A stretch of 64,000 bases of DNA. It comes from Squalus acanthias (taxonomy: Eukaryota). The notes beneath the pieces were generated by a model, which did not search any database, was not told the origin of the DNA, and was given only the letters and a program-made list of their open reading frames with translations. Positions 23,581 through 35,710 of the stretch are shown here, one piece after another. The position numbers and the translations under genes were made by a program. Numbering within the stretch: the first letter of the stretch is position 1; every line of letters starts with the position of its first letter. The DNA lies in assembly GCA_030390025.1 (NCBI GenBank), contig CM059432.1, positions 138,820,001-138,884,000 of the forward strand, written 5' to 3'.

Positions 23581-25462
23581 TTATTGGAGGGAGTCACAGC
23601 ACGCAGGGAGGTTCTCTTCCCTTCTCATGGGTGGAAGAGAGATCAACGTAGCCTGGTTGCACATTGCACAGGAGGACACAAGCAGGGATGTCGTAAGGAG
23701 GACCAGGCTGCAGTGGCGCAAACCTTTCAATGATCTCAATAGATCACAAAACGGTACTGCCAAGCCACACTCAACCTCATCCTGCTGTGCCTCTCATCAC
23801 ATCCCCATCACTCTGCCTTCCTTGCCCTACTCCTGCACATCCTTACTCACACCAACTTACCTTGCACCTCTAAACATCCCACTCTATCTACATTATCACT
23901 TCCCCATCTCACTAGCCACCCCTCACACTCACCCTCATCCTAGTCCAATCATACCAAGTAACAACACACAAGGGTAGGCACTTGGGTGCTTTAGCCAATG
24001 TTCATGCGAAGTTTTTGTTAATGTGCTGTTAAACATTGAAATCTTTATTTTCAACACTTTGCGTTCTTGGGCAGATTTGTGTGCACCGTTGCAAGTGGTT
24101 TAGCGAATTGCAGTGAATGGTGAGACATAACGGTACCCCCCGCAAAGGCGATGAGTGTGGAAGGAATGGCTTGGTCATTGGAGGGATGCTTTATGGTGTT
24201 GGTGTGGGGTGGTGCCAACCTGGCGTATCATGTGGCAGCCAGGGTGTACAGCGTCAAGTGAAGTAAATCTGGCCATGGTGAGGCTATCCCTGGACTCCCG
24301 GCCAGCAATGCGGTTGGGTGCTGAAGCCCTGTGTCCTGTGCAGCATCAGTTGATTGTGGAGAAGGTTGGTGTTGTTGTTGGTGCTGCTGCTGTGCCTGGT
24401 GATGTTGGTGTTGGGGCTGATCGTGGTGGGATTCTGAGGACCTAGGTGAGATAGTTTCAAGGGCATCGATGCTGATGTAATAGGTGGCAGGCGAAGTAGA
24501 GATGATAGAAGTATTCTGTCAATGGTGAGAGAGTTCTTCCAATGAGGTAAGAGTGGATGGAGAGTGTAAAGTGGAAAGCCTGCAGAATCTGTGCTGGAAA
24601 TGGACTGAGAAACAGCTTGTGGCTGAGGGAAGTGATGATCTGTCAGGTGGAGCTTTTACTGTACATTTGAAGCTGTCAAGTAATCAGCTGGAGCAATGGC
24701 CACTGAACTCCCGCCTCAGGTTGACAGCCGTGGTCCCCGAACAGTGTGGTTCCCGTGGCCATGAAGTTAAAGTCAAAAGGTAAGTTAAAAAAGCCAAAAA
24801 GGGGCTGTCTGGGTTGCATCCTTCTTCCTCTGCGTCTTCCTCTTCCCTCTGACAGCGGATGCTGTAAATCTGAAATAAAAGCATAAAATGCTGGAAATAC
24901 TCAGCAAGTCAGGCAGCATCTCGACCCGAGACGTGAACTCTGTTTCTCTCTCCACAGATGCTGCTTGACCTGCTGAGTATTTCCAGCATTTTCTGTCTTC
25001 TCAGAGCCCTTCCTTTACCATCCGAGGCCTTGCAAGCATCCAGCAGCACTCCTTGCACACTTAAAAAACTTTTAACATGTATTGCAGCAAGCCACTACTT
25101 CAATAGTATATTAAAAAAATCCAGTCCAAAAGCTTAAATGCAAATTTACCTGAAAGATGTTGTGTGTTCCTTTAAGAGGTGCTGACAGTGCCTCTGTCAG
25201 TCTGCTGAATGCTGGGTTTTCATGGCGCACTTAGGACCCAGCATTGAACTCAGCGCTAAGGTTCAAGTTTGCTGAGGTGACGTGACGTCACCCTCTCAAT
25301 TTACATTTCACAGGGCAGCGCTGCTATTGGCAGCGCTAAGGCCCCCAACAAAATGGCAGCCGCCGAGTCCCGCGCCACAGAAGGGCGCGAGAGTGGTGGC
25401 CGCCATTTTTAGACCGGATCGCGGCAAAAACTCGTGGCGGCAAGTGGGCCAATTTCTAGGCC
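23581..25462. mobile_element. Harbinger-like element, left end deleted, with Myb/SANT-like remnant
   Basis: Colinear with 36610-37560 and 60050-61000. Right end ...ccaatttctaggcc differs from the other two copies. Confidence 0.7.
24857..24996. repeat. Short inverted pair of Penelope-like terminal sequence
   Basis: Arms 24885-24921 and 24956-24992, 37 bp with 2 mismatches. Confidence 0.75.
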
Positions 25463-26619
25463 ATAACCTTTTTTGGAAGCCATATTGGGTGTCCCTGATA
25501 TAGCTTTTTCTCAGTAGTCATATTGTGCCTCCCTCACGATTCCCTCAAGGTTCTTACCAATTACAGACCCAAGCTAATGAGCCTCGAGTTACCCGGTTCT
25601 GCCTTATTCCGCCTTTTTTAAACATTAGAACTACGTTAGCCTCCTTCCAGTCTAAGGAACAGCCACAGACTGCATCGAGATATTAAAGATATGGGTAAGG
25701 GGCTCGTATAGCGCCTGTCCCATCTCCTTGACAACCCTCGGGTGGATATCATCTTGGCCAGCGGCCCGATCTATTTTAAGGTTACTTATTCTTTCTAAAA
25801 CAGTATGTTCATCTATCAACAATTTTATTGCTAACAATGCCATTTAATTCCGTCAGTTGAGCATCATCTTCAAGGGTGAAGACTGGTGCAAAGTACTCAT
25901 TTAGTGTTTTGCATTACACTGATGTTTTTTCTAGTTTGTAACTCAATTCTACCTTTGTCGACATTAATTGTTAAGCTGCGGACTGATCTCCACAGGGTAA
26001 GTTTGGTCTGTTTCATTATGAATAATTCCGGGAAAGCAAAAATACAAAAATAAACAAAGTTGTCATCCAAACTGGCACAGGGCGGAGTCAGAATCATCAT
26101 AACTTTCTGTGACTAACACAAGGATTACAGGGCATCAGCCTGGGCTAATGGGCAAAGTCAAAAAGAGGCCAAGGGCATTTGACAAATAAAATCACTAATT
26201 TTCCACAACTCTCAAGTGATGGGATGGTTGCCACAATGGACATGTGTTAAAAATTGTGCAGCAGTCGCTGGGAGATCTGAAGAGGACCAAACTATGCCTA
26301 ATGATTAAACTATACCTAATGGCACATCTATATTCTGGGCTCAGTGAAGATCTGAAAGATAGCAGGCCCATTCAATGATATTCCATTTGCATGTACGAAG
26401 AGAATTGGAACATAATTTGAGTTTGATAGGGCCTGTTGCTCACCACTATCTTGTAATAACCCTGATGATAGCAGCTAACATGGGAGCCAAGGAGGGAAGT
26501 TGGGTGGTCAGCAGTTTGGTGAGAATAGGGTTGAGGGAGCAGGAGGTGGGTCTCATGGACAAGATGAGCTCAGAGCGGGCATGAGGGGAGATAGGAGAGA
26601 TTATGAGGGGAGATTCAAT

Positions 26620-26910
26620 AAAGGCGTTCAAAATTATGAAGGGTTTTGACAGAGTAAATAAGGAGAAACTGTTTCCACTCGCAGAAGGGTCGTAAACCAG
26701 AGGACACATATTTAAGGTTTTGGCAGTGAGTTGTTATGATCTGGAATGCACTGCCTGAAAGGGAAGTAGAAGCAGACTCAACAGTAACTTTCAGAAGGGA
26801 ATTAGATATATACTTGAAGGGGAAGTATTTGCAGGGCTATGGGGAGTGGGACAGCTCTTTCAAAGAGCCGGCACAGGCAGGATGGGCCGAATGGCTGTAA
26901 GATTCTCTGA
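26620..26910 (+). mobile_element. CR1 3' fragment
   Basis: aaaattatgaagggttttgacagag...gggccgaatggc. Confidence 0.7.
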
Positions 26911-26956
26911 TCAGAAAAGAGTCTTGAGATGACCTGCTCAAAATCTGAGTCACAGT

Positions 26957-27135
26957 CAGCATTCCCTCTAAAGCTGCGCGCGTGCGCGGCCAGCCATGCA
27001 TAAATCTGCAAGGTACCGCGCGGGCCGCTCACAAACTTTCCCATCTGAAATACCGCGCGTGCGCAGAAATGTAAAGGGACCGCGCACTGAAATAAACAGG
27101 TCACGCACAACAAAGACAAGTTAGAGGGAACATTG
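26957..27135. mobile_element. hAT-like MITE
   Basis: TIR cagcattccctctaa / ttagagggaacattg. Flanks gtcacagt / gtcaaaat (6 of 8 match). A related right end lies at about 34400-34547. Confidence 0.65.
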
Positions 27136-27715
27136 GTCAAAATCCCCAAGATAAGTGGAGAATGTTCACTTCCTGGCCTGCCTACATAATTGATTTGTAA
27201 ATATCGAGCCTTTGATGGTAGTTTATTAACAGGGGGCTTCGAGTCAGAAGCATGTTACGCCTTTACAGCTAGGCTGTGCGACAACAGTTTCATCGATGTT
27301 GCGGAAGAAGCCTGCTTGGAAAGTCTGCCGGAGGGAACTAATCCCAAGGCACTACAGGTGCGTGTAGCTTTCATAATTAATTTTTCAAAACCTTAATCAC
27401 ATCACAAGCTTTGTTAAATACATCCTTTTCTCCCTTTACAATCAGAACCAAACTGTTTCCCTCCCAAGAGTAACACTTCTCACTGTACAGTGTGTTCTGT
27501 ATATTGGAAGGCTGTTAACAAGAACTTTGGCCTAGAATTGGATCGCACCCTAACTTGCACGCGCCTAAAGAGGCTGGCGGCAGGAAATTGGTCCGCTGGC
27601 CTCACTTGTATATTACTAGCGAGGTGCGGGTGGCATGTGTGCTCAGTCGCGACCCAATTTGGAAAAGGGGCCTGAAACAGTCGTTAGGCCCGTTGCTTAT
27701 CATTGAATCATGCGA

Positions 27716-28117
27716 CTCTTCTTCCTTCTTAGGCAGTCCCTCGGAACCGAGGATGACTTGCTTCCACATTAAAAATGAGTTCTGAGGTGACTGATGAGTC
27801 CAATGCGGGACCTACAGTCTCTGTCACAGGTGGGGCAGACGGTGGTTGAAGGGACGGGTATGTGGGGTGCTTGGGTTGATGTGCGCTCCTTCCGCTGCCT
27901 GCGCTTGGCTTCCACTTGCTCCCGGCGAAGAGACTCCAGGTGTTCGGCGCCTTCCCGGATGCTTCTCCTCCACTTTGTGCGGTCTTGGGCCAGGGATTCC
28001 CAGGTGTCGGTGGGGATGTTGCACTTATTCAAGGAGGCTTTGAGGGTGTCCTTGAAGCATTTCCTCTGCCCACCTGGGGCTCTCTTGCCATGTCGGAGCT
28101 CCAAGTAGAGCGCTTGT
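27716..28117 (-). mobile_element. RTE-clade LINE 3' fragment
   Basis: ORF 27769..28104 GKRAPGGQRKCFKDTLK...WESLAQDRTKWR...CPTC...SRIGLISHLRTH, followed by a short 3' UTR and an (aag)n-like tail. Confidence 0.85.
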
Positions 28118-28325
28118 TTTTATCAGGCGACTGCCAAGGCGGTAGAAGGCGAACTAGACGGACCTTGAGTCGTTTTTCGTCTAGTAATTCCTATGTTCTA
28201 ATGCAAGTCAGGGGACTAACGCCTGACTGAACGAGTGGATAGTGGTAGTGGCGCAGTAGAAGGTAGCCTTTGGCTAAGGAGCCTGATCTCATGGACCCAC
28301 TATGAAAAGAAGGCTGCTATGTTTA

Positions 28326-28778
28326 GGTGTCAGCTGTGGCTCAGTGGGTAACAGAAGGTTTTGGTTCAAACCCCACTCCAGAGACTTGAGCACATAATGT
28401 AGGCGGACACTCTGAGTGCAGTACTGAGGGAGTGCTGCACTATTGGAGCTGCTGTCTTTCCGATGAGGCGTTAAACCGAGGCCTTATCTGCCCTCTCAGG
28501 TGGACATAAAAGATCAAACGACACTATTTTGAAGAACAGCAGGGGAGTTCTCCCCGGTGTCCTGGCCAATATTTATCCCTCAACCAACATCGCTAAAAAC
28601 AGATTATCTGGTCATTATCTCATTGCTGTTTGTGGGAGCTTGCTGTGCGCAAATTGGCTGCCGCGTTTCCTACATTACAACAGTGACTATACTTCAAAAG
28701 TACTTCATTGGCTGTAAAGTGCTTTGGGACGTCCTGAGGGCGTGAAAGGCGCTATAGAAATGCAAGTTCTTTCTTTCT
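28326..28778 (+). mobile_element. DeuSINE, near full length
   Basis: Colinear with 17190-17660. Confidence 0.85.
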
Positions 28779-29092
28779 TATGTGCAGACATGAAGCGTGA
28801 TCTCCCAGGATGGGCAGCAGATGGCAAGAGTAACAGGGGAGTCTGTTCCCATTCTCTGCGCCACCAGGGAATTGTTCTCCTTGCTGCAGTATTCTCCCCA
28901 GCATGACCAGATTGTGTAGCAGCTCAAGGTCAGGCTGCCTCTGGCACTTGAAACACAGCCTGCAGCAGGTCCAGTTCAGGATCTGACTATCATGAGGCAA
29001 GGCACAAAAAGCCTCATGAGGAACAGGCGGAGGCCATTCAGCCCCTCAAGCCTCTTCCGCCATTCAATTAGATATGGCTGATCTGCATCTAC

Positions 29093-29440
29093 GGGTACGG
29101 TAGTGTAGTAGTTTTGTTACTGGACTAATAATCCAGAAAACCTGAGATCAAATCCCACCAGGTCAGTTTGATGAAATACAAAGCTGGCGTCAGTAAAAGT
29201 GACCATGAAGCTGCCGGATTGTCATAAAAACCCAACTGGTTCACTAATATCCTTTAGGGAAGGAAACCTGCCATCCTTACCTGGTCTGGCCTGTAGTAAC
29301 TCCAGTTCCCCACCCAGCGTGGTTGACTCTTAACTACCCTCTGAAGTGGCCTAGCAAGCCACTCAGTTGTATCCAGAACAACTTGGGATGGGAAAATAAA
29401 TGCCAGCAACACCCACATCCCAAGAAAGAATTTAAAAAAA
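29093..29440 (+). mobile_element. Third tRNA-like SINE family with a LINE-B-like tail
   Basis: Head tagtgtagtag...gatcaaatccc. Tail gggatgggaaaataaatgc...cccacatccc resembles 1403-1447. Interrupts a minus-strand CR1 tail. Confidence 0.65.
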
Positions 29441-30212
29441 TCCTCAACACCATTTACCTGTTATTGATTTTTGTTAGGTATCAAGCAATCCATTCAGTCT
29501 TGAAAATGTCAATTGATCCAGCATCCACAGCCTTTTGGTTGCTAGTTCCAGCTTTACAATACCCTTTGTGTGGAAAAAGTGCTTCCTGATTTCACTCCTC
29601 ATCCCCCAGCTCTAATTTTAATACTGTTCTGGATTTCTCTACCTGAGGAAATAGTTTCTCTTTATCGAATCCCATCCACACAACTTACTGTGCCTCCTAT
29701 CTTAACGTCATTTGCAAACTCTCTATTCCTTCATCCAAGTCATTGATGTATCGTGAAAAGCTGAGGCCCCAGTACAGATCTCTGGGGAACACCATTCATC
29801 GCATCCCAGCCAATCGGGGAACATTCCCTTTATCCCTACTCTCTCTGTCTCCTGCCTCCCAACCAATTACTGACCCATGTCACAAGGTTACCTCCAATTC
29901 CGCGGGCTCTCATCTGGTTAAAACAGCAGTCAGCCCCGATGACATCCGGCGTGCCTCCCTCTTGCCTGCTCAGGTTAAAATCGGAACCCGCGGGAAGACA
30001 GCGGGAATTCGGCTGGTAAATCCCACGGACGATTTTGAACTGGCTGCTGGCCTGCTTTCTGCCGGGTGGGCAGGGTTAAAATCGCCCCTTTAGTTCTATC
30101 AACACACGAAGGAACAATCCTCCTGACACCCACAAAAAGGAACTGATGTCCTTCTGAGATCTAGAATGCGCTGCCTGAAAGGGTAGCGGAAGCAGATTTA
30201 ATAGTAACTTTC

Positions 30213-31748
30213 GTAGAAACATAGAAGATAGGAGCAGGAGTAGGCCATTCGGCCCCTCGAGCCTGCTCTGCTATTTAATGAGATCATGGCTGATCATCCA
30301 AATTCAGTACCCCGTCCCTGCTTTCTCCCCATATCCCTTGATCCCTTTAGCCTTAAGAAATATATCTAACTCCTTCTTGAATATATTTAATGAATTGGCC
30401 TCTACTGCCTTCTGTGGTAGAGAATTCCACAGGTTCACCACTCTCCGGGTGAAGAAATTCCTCCTCATCTCAGTCCTAAATGGCTTACCCCTTATCCTTA
30501 GACTGTGACCCCTGGTTCTGGACTCCCCCGCCATCGAGAACATCCTTCCTGCATCTAGTCTGTCTAGTCCTGTTAGAACTTTATAAGTTTCAATGAGATC
30601 CCCTCTCATTCTTCGAAACTCTAGCGAATATAAGCCTAATCGACCCAATCTCTCTTCATACGTCATTCCTGCCATCCCAGGTATCAGTCTGGTGAATCTT
30701 CGTTGCACTCCCTCCATGGCAAGAACATCCTTCCTCAGATAAGGCGACCAAAACTGCACACAATACTCAAGGTGTGGTCTCACCAAGGCCCTGTACAACT
30801 GCAGCAAGACATCCTTGCTCCTGTACTCGAATCCTCTCACTATGAAGGCCAACATACCATTTGCCTTCTTAACCGCCTGCTGCACCTGCATGCTTACCTT
30901 CAGCGACTGGTGCACAAGGACACCCAGGTCTCGTTGCACTTCCCCTTTACCTAATCTATTGCCGTTCAGATAATAATCTGCCTTCCTGTTTTTGCCACCA
31001 AAGTGGATAACCTCGCATTTATCCACATTGTACTGCATCTGCCATGCATCTGCCCAATCACCCAACTTGTCCAAATCATACTGGAGTTTCTCTGCATCCT
31101 CCTAACAACACACACGCCCACCCAGTTTTTTGTCATCTGCAAACTTGGAGATATTACATCTAGTTCCCTCGTCTAGATCATTAATATATATTGTGAATAA
31201 CTGGGGTCCTAGCACCGATCCCTGCGGTACCCCACTAGTCATTGCCTGCCACTCGGAAAAAGACCCGTTTATTCCAACTCTTTGCTTCCTGTCTGCCAAC
31301 CAGTTCTCTATCCAAGTCAGTACCTTACCCCCAATCCCATGTGCTTTAACTTTGCACGCTAATCTCTTATGCGGGACCTTATCGAAAGCCTTCCGAAAGT
31401 CCAAATACACCACATCCACTGGTTCTCCCTTATCTATTCTACCAGTTACATCCTCAAAAAATTCCAGTAGATTAGTCAAGCATGATTTACCTTTTGTAAA
31501 TCCATGTTGACTTTGTCCGATCCTGTCACTGTTTTCCAAGTGCTCTGCTATTACATCTTTTACAATGGACTCTAGCATTTTCCCCACTACCGATGTCAGG
31601 CTTACCGGTCTATAATTCCCCGTTTTCTCTCTCCCACCTTTTTTAAATAGTGGGGTTACATTAGCTACCCTCCAATCCATGGGAACTGTTCCAGAGTCTA
31701 TAGAATTTTGGAAGATGATCAGCAATGCATCTACTATTTCTAGGGCCA
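30213..31748 (-). mobile_element. Young 5'-truncated CR1 LINE
   Basis: ORFs 31102..31749 and 30304..31074 are near-identical to the + copy at 20200-21731. One in-frame stop. Confidence 0.95.
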
Positions 31749-31944
31749 ACTGGATATATACTTACAAAGGAAAAATGTGCAGGGCTATGGGGACAAAAAA
31801 GGGGAGTAAAATTAATTGGTTGCTCTTTCAAAAAGCTGGCACAGGCACAATGGGTAGACCCTTTCTCCCGTCTTTAGAATTCTCATTCCATCTAGTCCCC
31901 TCCTTCTGGCTTCTTACCCCACTCTAGATCTTTTCATTGGGAAC

Positions 31945-34385
31945 TGCCGGCGTGACATCAGCCATCTCAATTTCTCTGTTGCCCTCACTCACTCTAACCT
32001 ACCTCCCTCTGAGCTTGCAGCACTCCATTCTCTCAGGTCCAACCCTGACATTGTCATTAATCCTGCTGACAAGGGCGGTGCTGCTGTTGTTTGGTGGAAG
32101 CTGAATGCCAACTCTGCGACGCCTCCTACTACCTCCCCCTGGACCATGACCCCACCACTGAACATCAAGCCATTGTTGCCCAGACCATCACTGACCTCAT
32201 CTACTCTGACAATCTTCCCTCCATGGCCTCCAACCTCATAATCCACCAACCCCGCACAGCCTGCTTCTAGCTCCTTCCCAAGATCCACAAACAGAACTGT
32301 CCTGGTAGACCCATCGTTTCAGCCGGTTCTTGCCTCACAGAAACTTATTTCTTCTATCTCGACTCTAATTTTTCCCTTCTTGTTCAGTCTCTTCCGACAC
32401 CCTCCGTCACTTTAACAGTTTCCAGTACCTGGCCCTAACCATCTCCTTTTCAGCATGGACATCCAGTGCCTCTACACCTCCATCCCCCACTGGAACGGCC
32501 TGCGGACCCTCCGCTTCTTCCTTGAAATGAGGCCCAACCAGTTTCCATCCACCACCACCACCCTCCTCCGCCTGGCTGAACTTATTCTTACATTGAACAA
32601 CTTCTCCTTTGACTCCTCTAACTTCCTCCAAATAAAAGGTGTCGCTAGGGGAATCCATATGGGTCCTGGCTATGCCTGCTTTTTCGTGGGATATGTGGAA
32701 CATTCTTTGTTCCAGACGTCCTCATGTCTCCTCCCCGACCTCTTTTTCCGGTGCACTGATGGCTGTATCGGTGCCGCTTCTTGCTCTCGCCCGAACTGGA
32801 AAATGTCATCAACGTTACTTCAAATTTCCACCCCTCCCTCACCTTCCATCTCTGACTCTTCCCTTCCCTTCCTTGATGTCTCCAACTCCATTTCTGGGGC
32901 TAGGCTATCAACCAATATCAATATAAGCCGACCGACTCCCACAGCTACCTTGATTACACTTCCTCCTTTAAGGACTCTATTCCATTCTTCCAGTTTCTCC
33001 ATCTCCATCGCATAGAAACATAGAAACATAGAATCTAGGAGCAGGAGTAGGCCATTCGGCCCGTCGAGCCTGCTCCACCATTCAATACGATCATGGCTGA
33101 TCATCCAAATCCAGTACCCTGTCCCTGCTTTAATCCCCACAGTACACATATCCCACCCTACCCCCGTAACCCCACGTATTTAATTCCCCCTAACATATCC
33201 CATCCTATCCCCATAACCCCACATATTTAATCCCCCCCTAACACTAAGAGTCAATTTATCATAGCCAAATCAACCTAACCCGCACATCTGTTCTGGCAAA
33301 TGCCAGCTTCTACGCCAGTGTTTCAGATATGTCTTCCTTTTTTCGCAACCGAGGACTCCCCTGCCCTGTGGTTGACAGGGCCGTCGTCCGTGTCTGTCCC
33401 ATTTCCTGCATTTCTGCTCTCACCCCTTCTCCTCACTCTCAGAACCATATCGGGTTCCCCTTGTGCTCACCTTCCACCCCACCAGACTCCACATTCAACG
33501 GAGCAGCCTCCGCCATTTCCGCCACCACCAAACACATCTTCCCCTCCCCTCCACTTTCAGCATTCCAAAGGACCCACAACACCTTCCCACGGCACCTTCC
33601 CATGCAAGCGCTGGAGATGCAATGCCTGCCCTTTGACCTCGTCCCTTCCCACTGTCCAGGGTCCCAAACACTCTTTCCAGATGAAACAGCAATTTACATG
33701 TACTTCTTTCAATTTAGTATACTGTATTCGCTGCTCATGATGCGGTCTCCTCTACATTAGGAAGACCAAACGCAGATTGGGTGATCGCTTGGCTGAACAC
33801 CTCCGTATGGTCCGCAAGCATGACTCTGAGCTTCCAGTCGTTTACCATTTTAATTCGCCGCCCCACTCCCACTCTGACCTCTCTGTACTCGGCTTCCTAC
33901 ACTGTTCCAAAGAAGCTCAACGGAGGCTCGAGGAACAGCACCTCAACTTTCGATTAAGCACTTTGCAACCTTCTGGACTCAACTTCGAGTTCAACAATTT
34001 CAGATCATAACCACCGCTCTCATTTTTTGGACAGCAGGTGCTGGTAATGATTCTGTTGTTGCCATTTACACCTCCTCTCGACCCATCTTTTGTTTCTTTA
34101 CTCGTCCCATTACCGCCCCCTTTTGCCTTGCACCATCATCCCTTTTGTCATTTAATCTCTCCTGCCTTCCATCCGATCACAGACCTCCCCCTTTTGTTCT
34201 TTCCTCCCCTCCCCCCTTTCCCTGCCTCGGCATTTGCTTAAAACCTGTTAACATTTTCCAGTTCTGACAAAAGGCCGTGGCCTGAAACGTTAACTCTGTT
34301 TCTCTCTCCACAGATGCCGCCTGACCCGCTGAGCATTGCCAGCATTTTCTGTTTATATTTCAGATTTCCAGCATCCGCAGCAATC
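31945..34385 (+). mobile_element. Degenerate Penelope-like retroelement (RT, GIY-YIG endonuclease and terminal repeat)
   Basis: DIVINPADKGGA; MDIQCLYTSIPH...NNFSF...QIKGVARG; LVYCIRCS*CGLLYI..TKRRLGDRLAEH. Many frameshifts. Confidence 0.9.
33013..33287 (-). mobile_element. 5'-truncated V-SINE variant inserted in the Penelope element
   Basis: Near-identical reverse complement of about 19104-19364. Confidence 0.85.
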
Positions 34386-35710
34386 CCTAATCTTTTTTTT
34401 TGGATGTGCGGCCCCCTTCCTTTAAGGGGCTGCTCGGCCCATTCACAGTTTCGCGCATGCGCAAAATTTAACATTGGAAAAGCCGGTGTCGGGCTGCGCA
34501 GGACCGACAGGCAGCTGCACGGCCGCACAGCTTAGAGGGAGCATTGCGCCGCAGCAGTTTACTTCTGTATGATTCAATGAGCTGTAGGTAGCAGTCTGCA
34601 CATTAGTTGCCTGAACCAGATGGAACTCTATCTCACCCAGAAGCTTTGGGCATGAATAAAGCACTTCTCGACACTCACACCAATAAAAAGCCACAATTGA
34701 GCCGTAAGCTTGTTAGTGATCAGAAATAATAAAGTACAATAAGCCTACCCTGGTCAAGAAATAACCTTCAAAAAGTCCATGGAGGTTTGTTCGGAGTGAA
34801 AAATATGTTCAACCTGCTATCTTACCAATATTTGTTCCACAATAGCTGGACAGAGAGACATATTCCACTTGACATTAGCAAGTAATGAGACTTGTGAAAA
34901 TAATTTAGTTAGTCCACCTGGTAAATCAAAGTCTTCTTGGCATTAACATAATTGAATCTATGATCTAAATTAGGTGGAGAAAGATTAAAAAACGGAATGA
35001 TAATTTCAGACTGCAAAAAAAATTGCAAAATCACCTTCAGGAGTAATTTGAGAAGAAGTCTGAAAACAGATTAGTCGTCATGCTGTATCAGGTACACGTG
35101 CTTAATTACCCATGCCAGAGTTCACCAGCTATTCTGGCTGAATCTAGTGCCACCGCGGGAGCAGTCTTCTATGCGAACATAGCGGCTCTAAGATAGGGTG
35201 CGTAAGCTTATGGATTACCAGTTTATATCCCAAAGAAGTGTTGGAGGAAGCGAATTGTATTAGGTTTACAAAGCCTCTTTCATGAAATGGGATAAAAGAA
35301 GATGTTGCCTAAGATAACCCTTCTGAGAGAAAACATGAAAAATTGCAGCATGAACAGAATCTGGTTTCAGATGCAAAGCCACCGTGTGTTTACAATACTT
35401 GAAACTGTAAGAAGTCCCGCTCATTAAAGGATCAGGCTTTGTGCATGAACTTTAGACAACAAACTTCTTTCGTTCTGCATTATCAGCTTTGTGCAAAGTT
35501 CCTCTGAAGCCAATAAGCTTTCTAACTTTCAATAGTCAGGTGGTTAATGAGAACGCTTTCAGATCAGAAGAAGAATTGAAATATCAGGTACCTCCTGATG
35601 GGGCAGTGAGAGTAGACTGACACTGGCACTGTTCAACATTAAGATGTCTTAGAAATATCTTCATTTTAAACCACATTCTGAGAATCAGAGGGAAAATGTG
35701 CAGAAATAAT

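Noticed and set aside
27769..28104. C2H2-like motif as another host exon
   Set aside because: It is the C-terminus of an RTE LINE with its own 3' tail, and the flanking host exons already join in frame.
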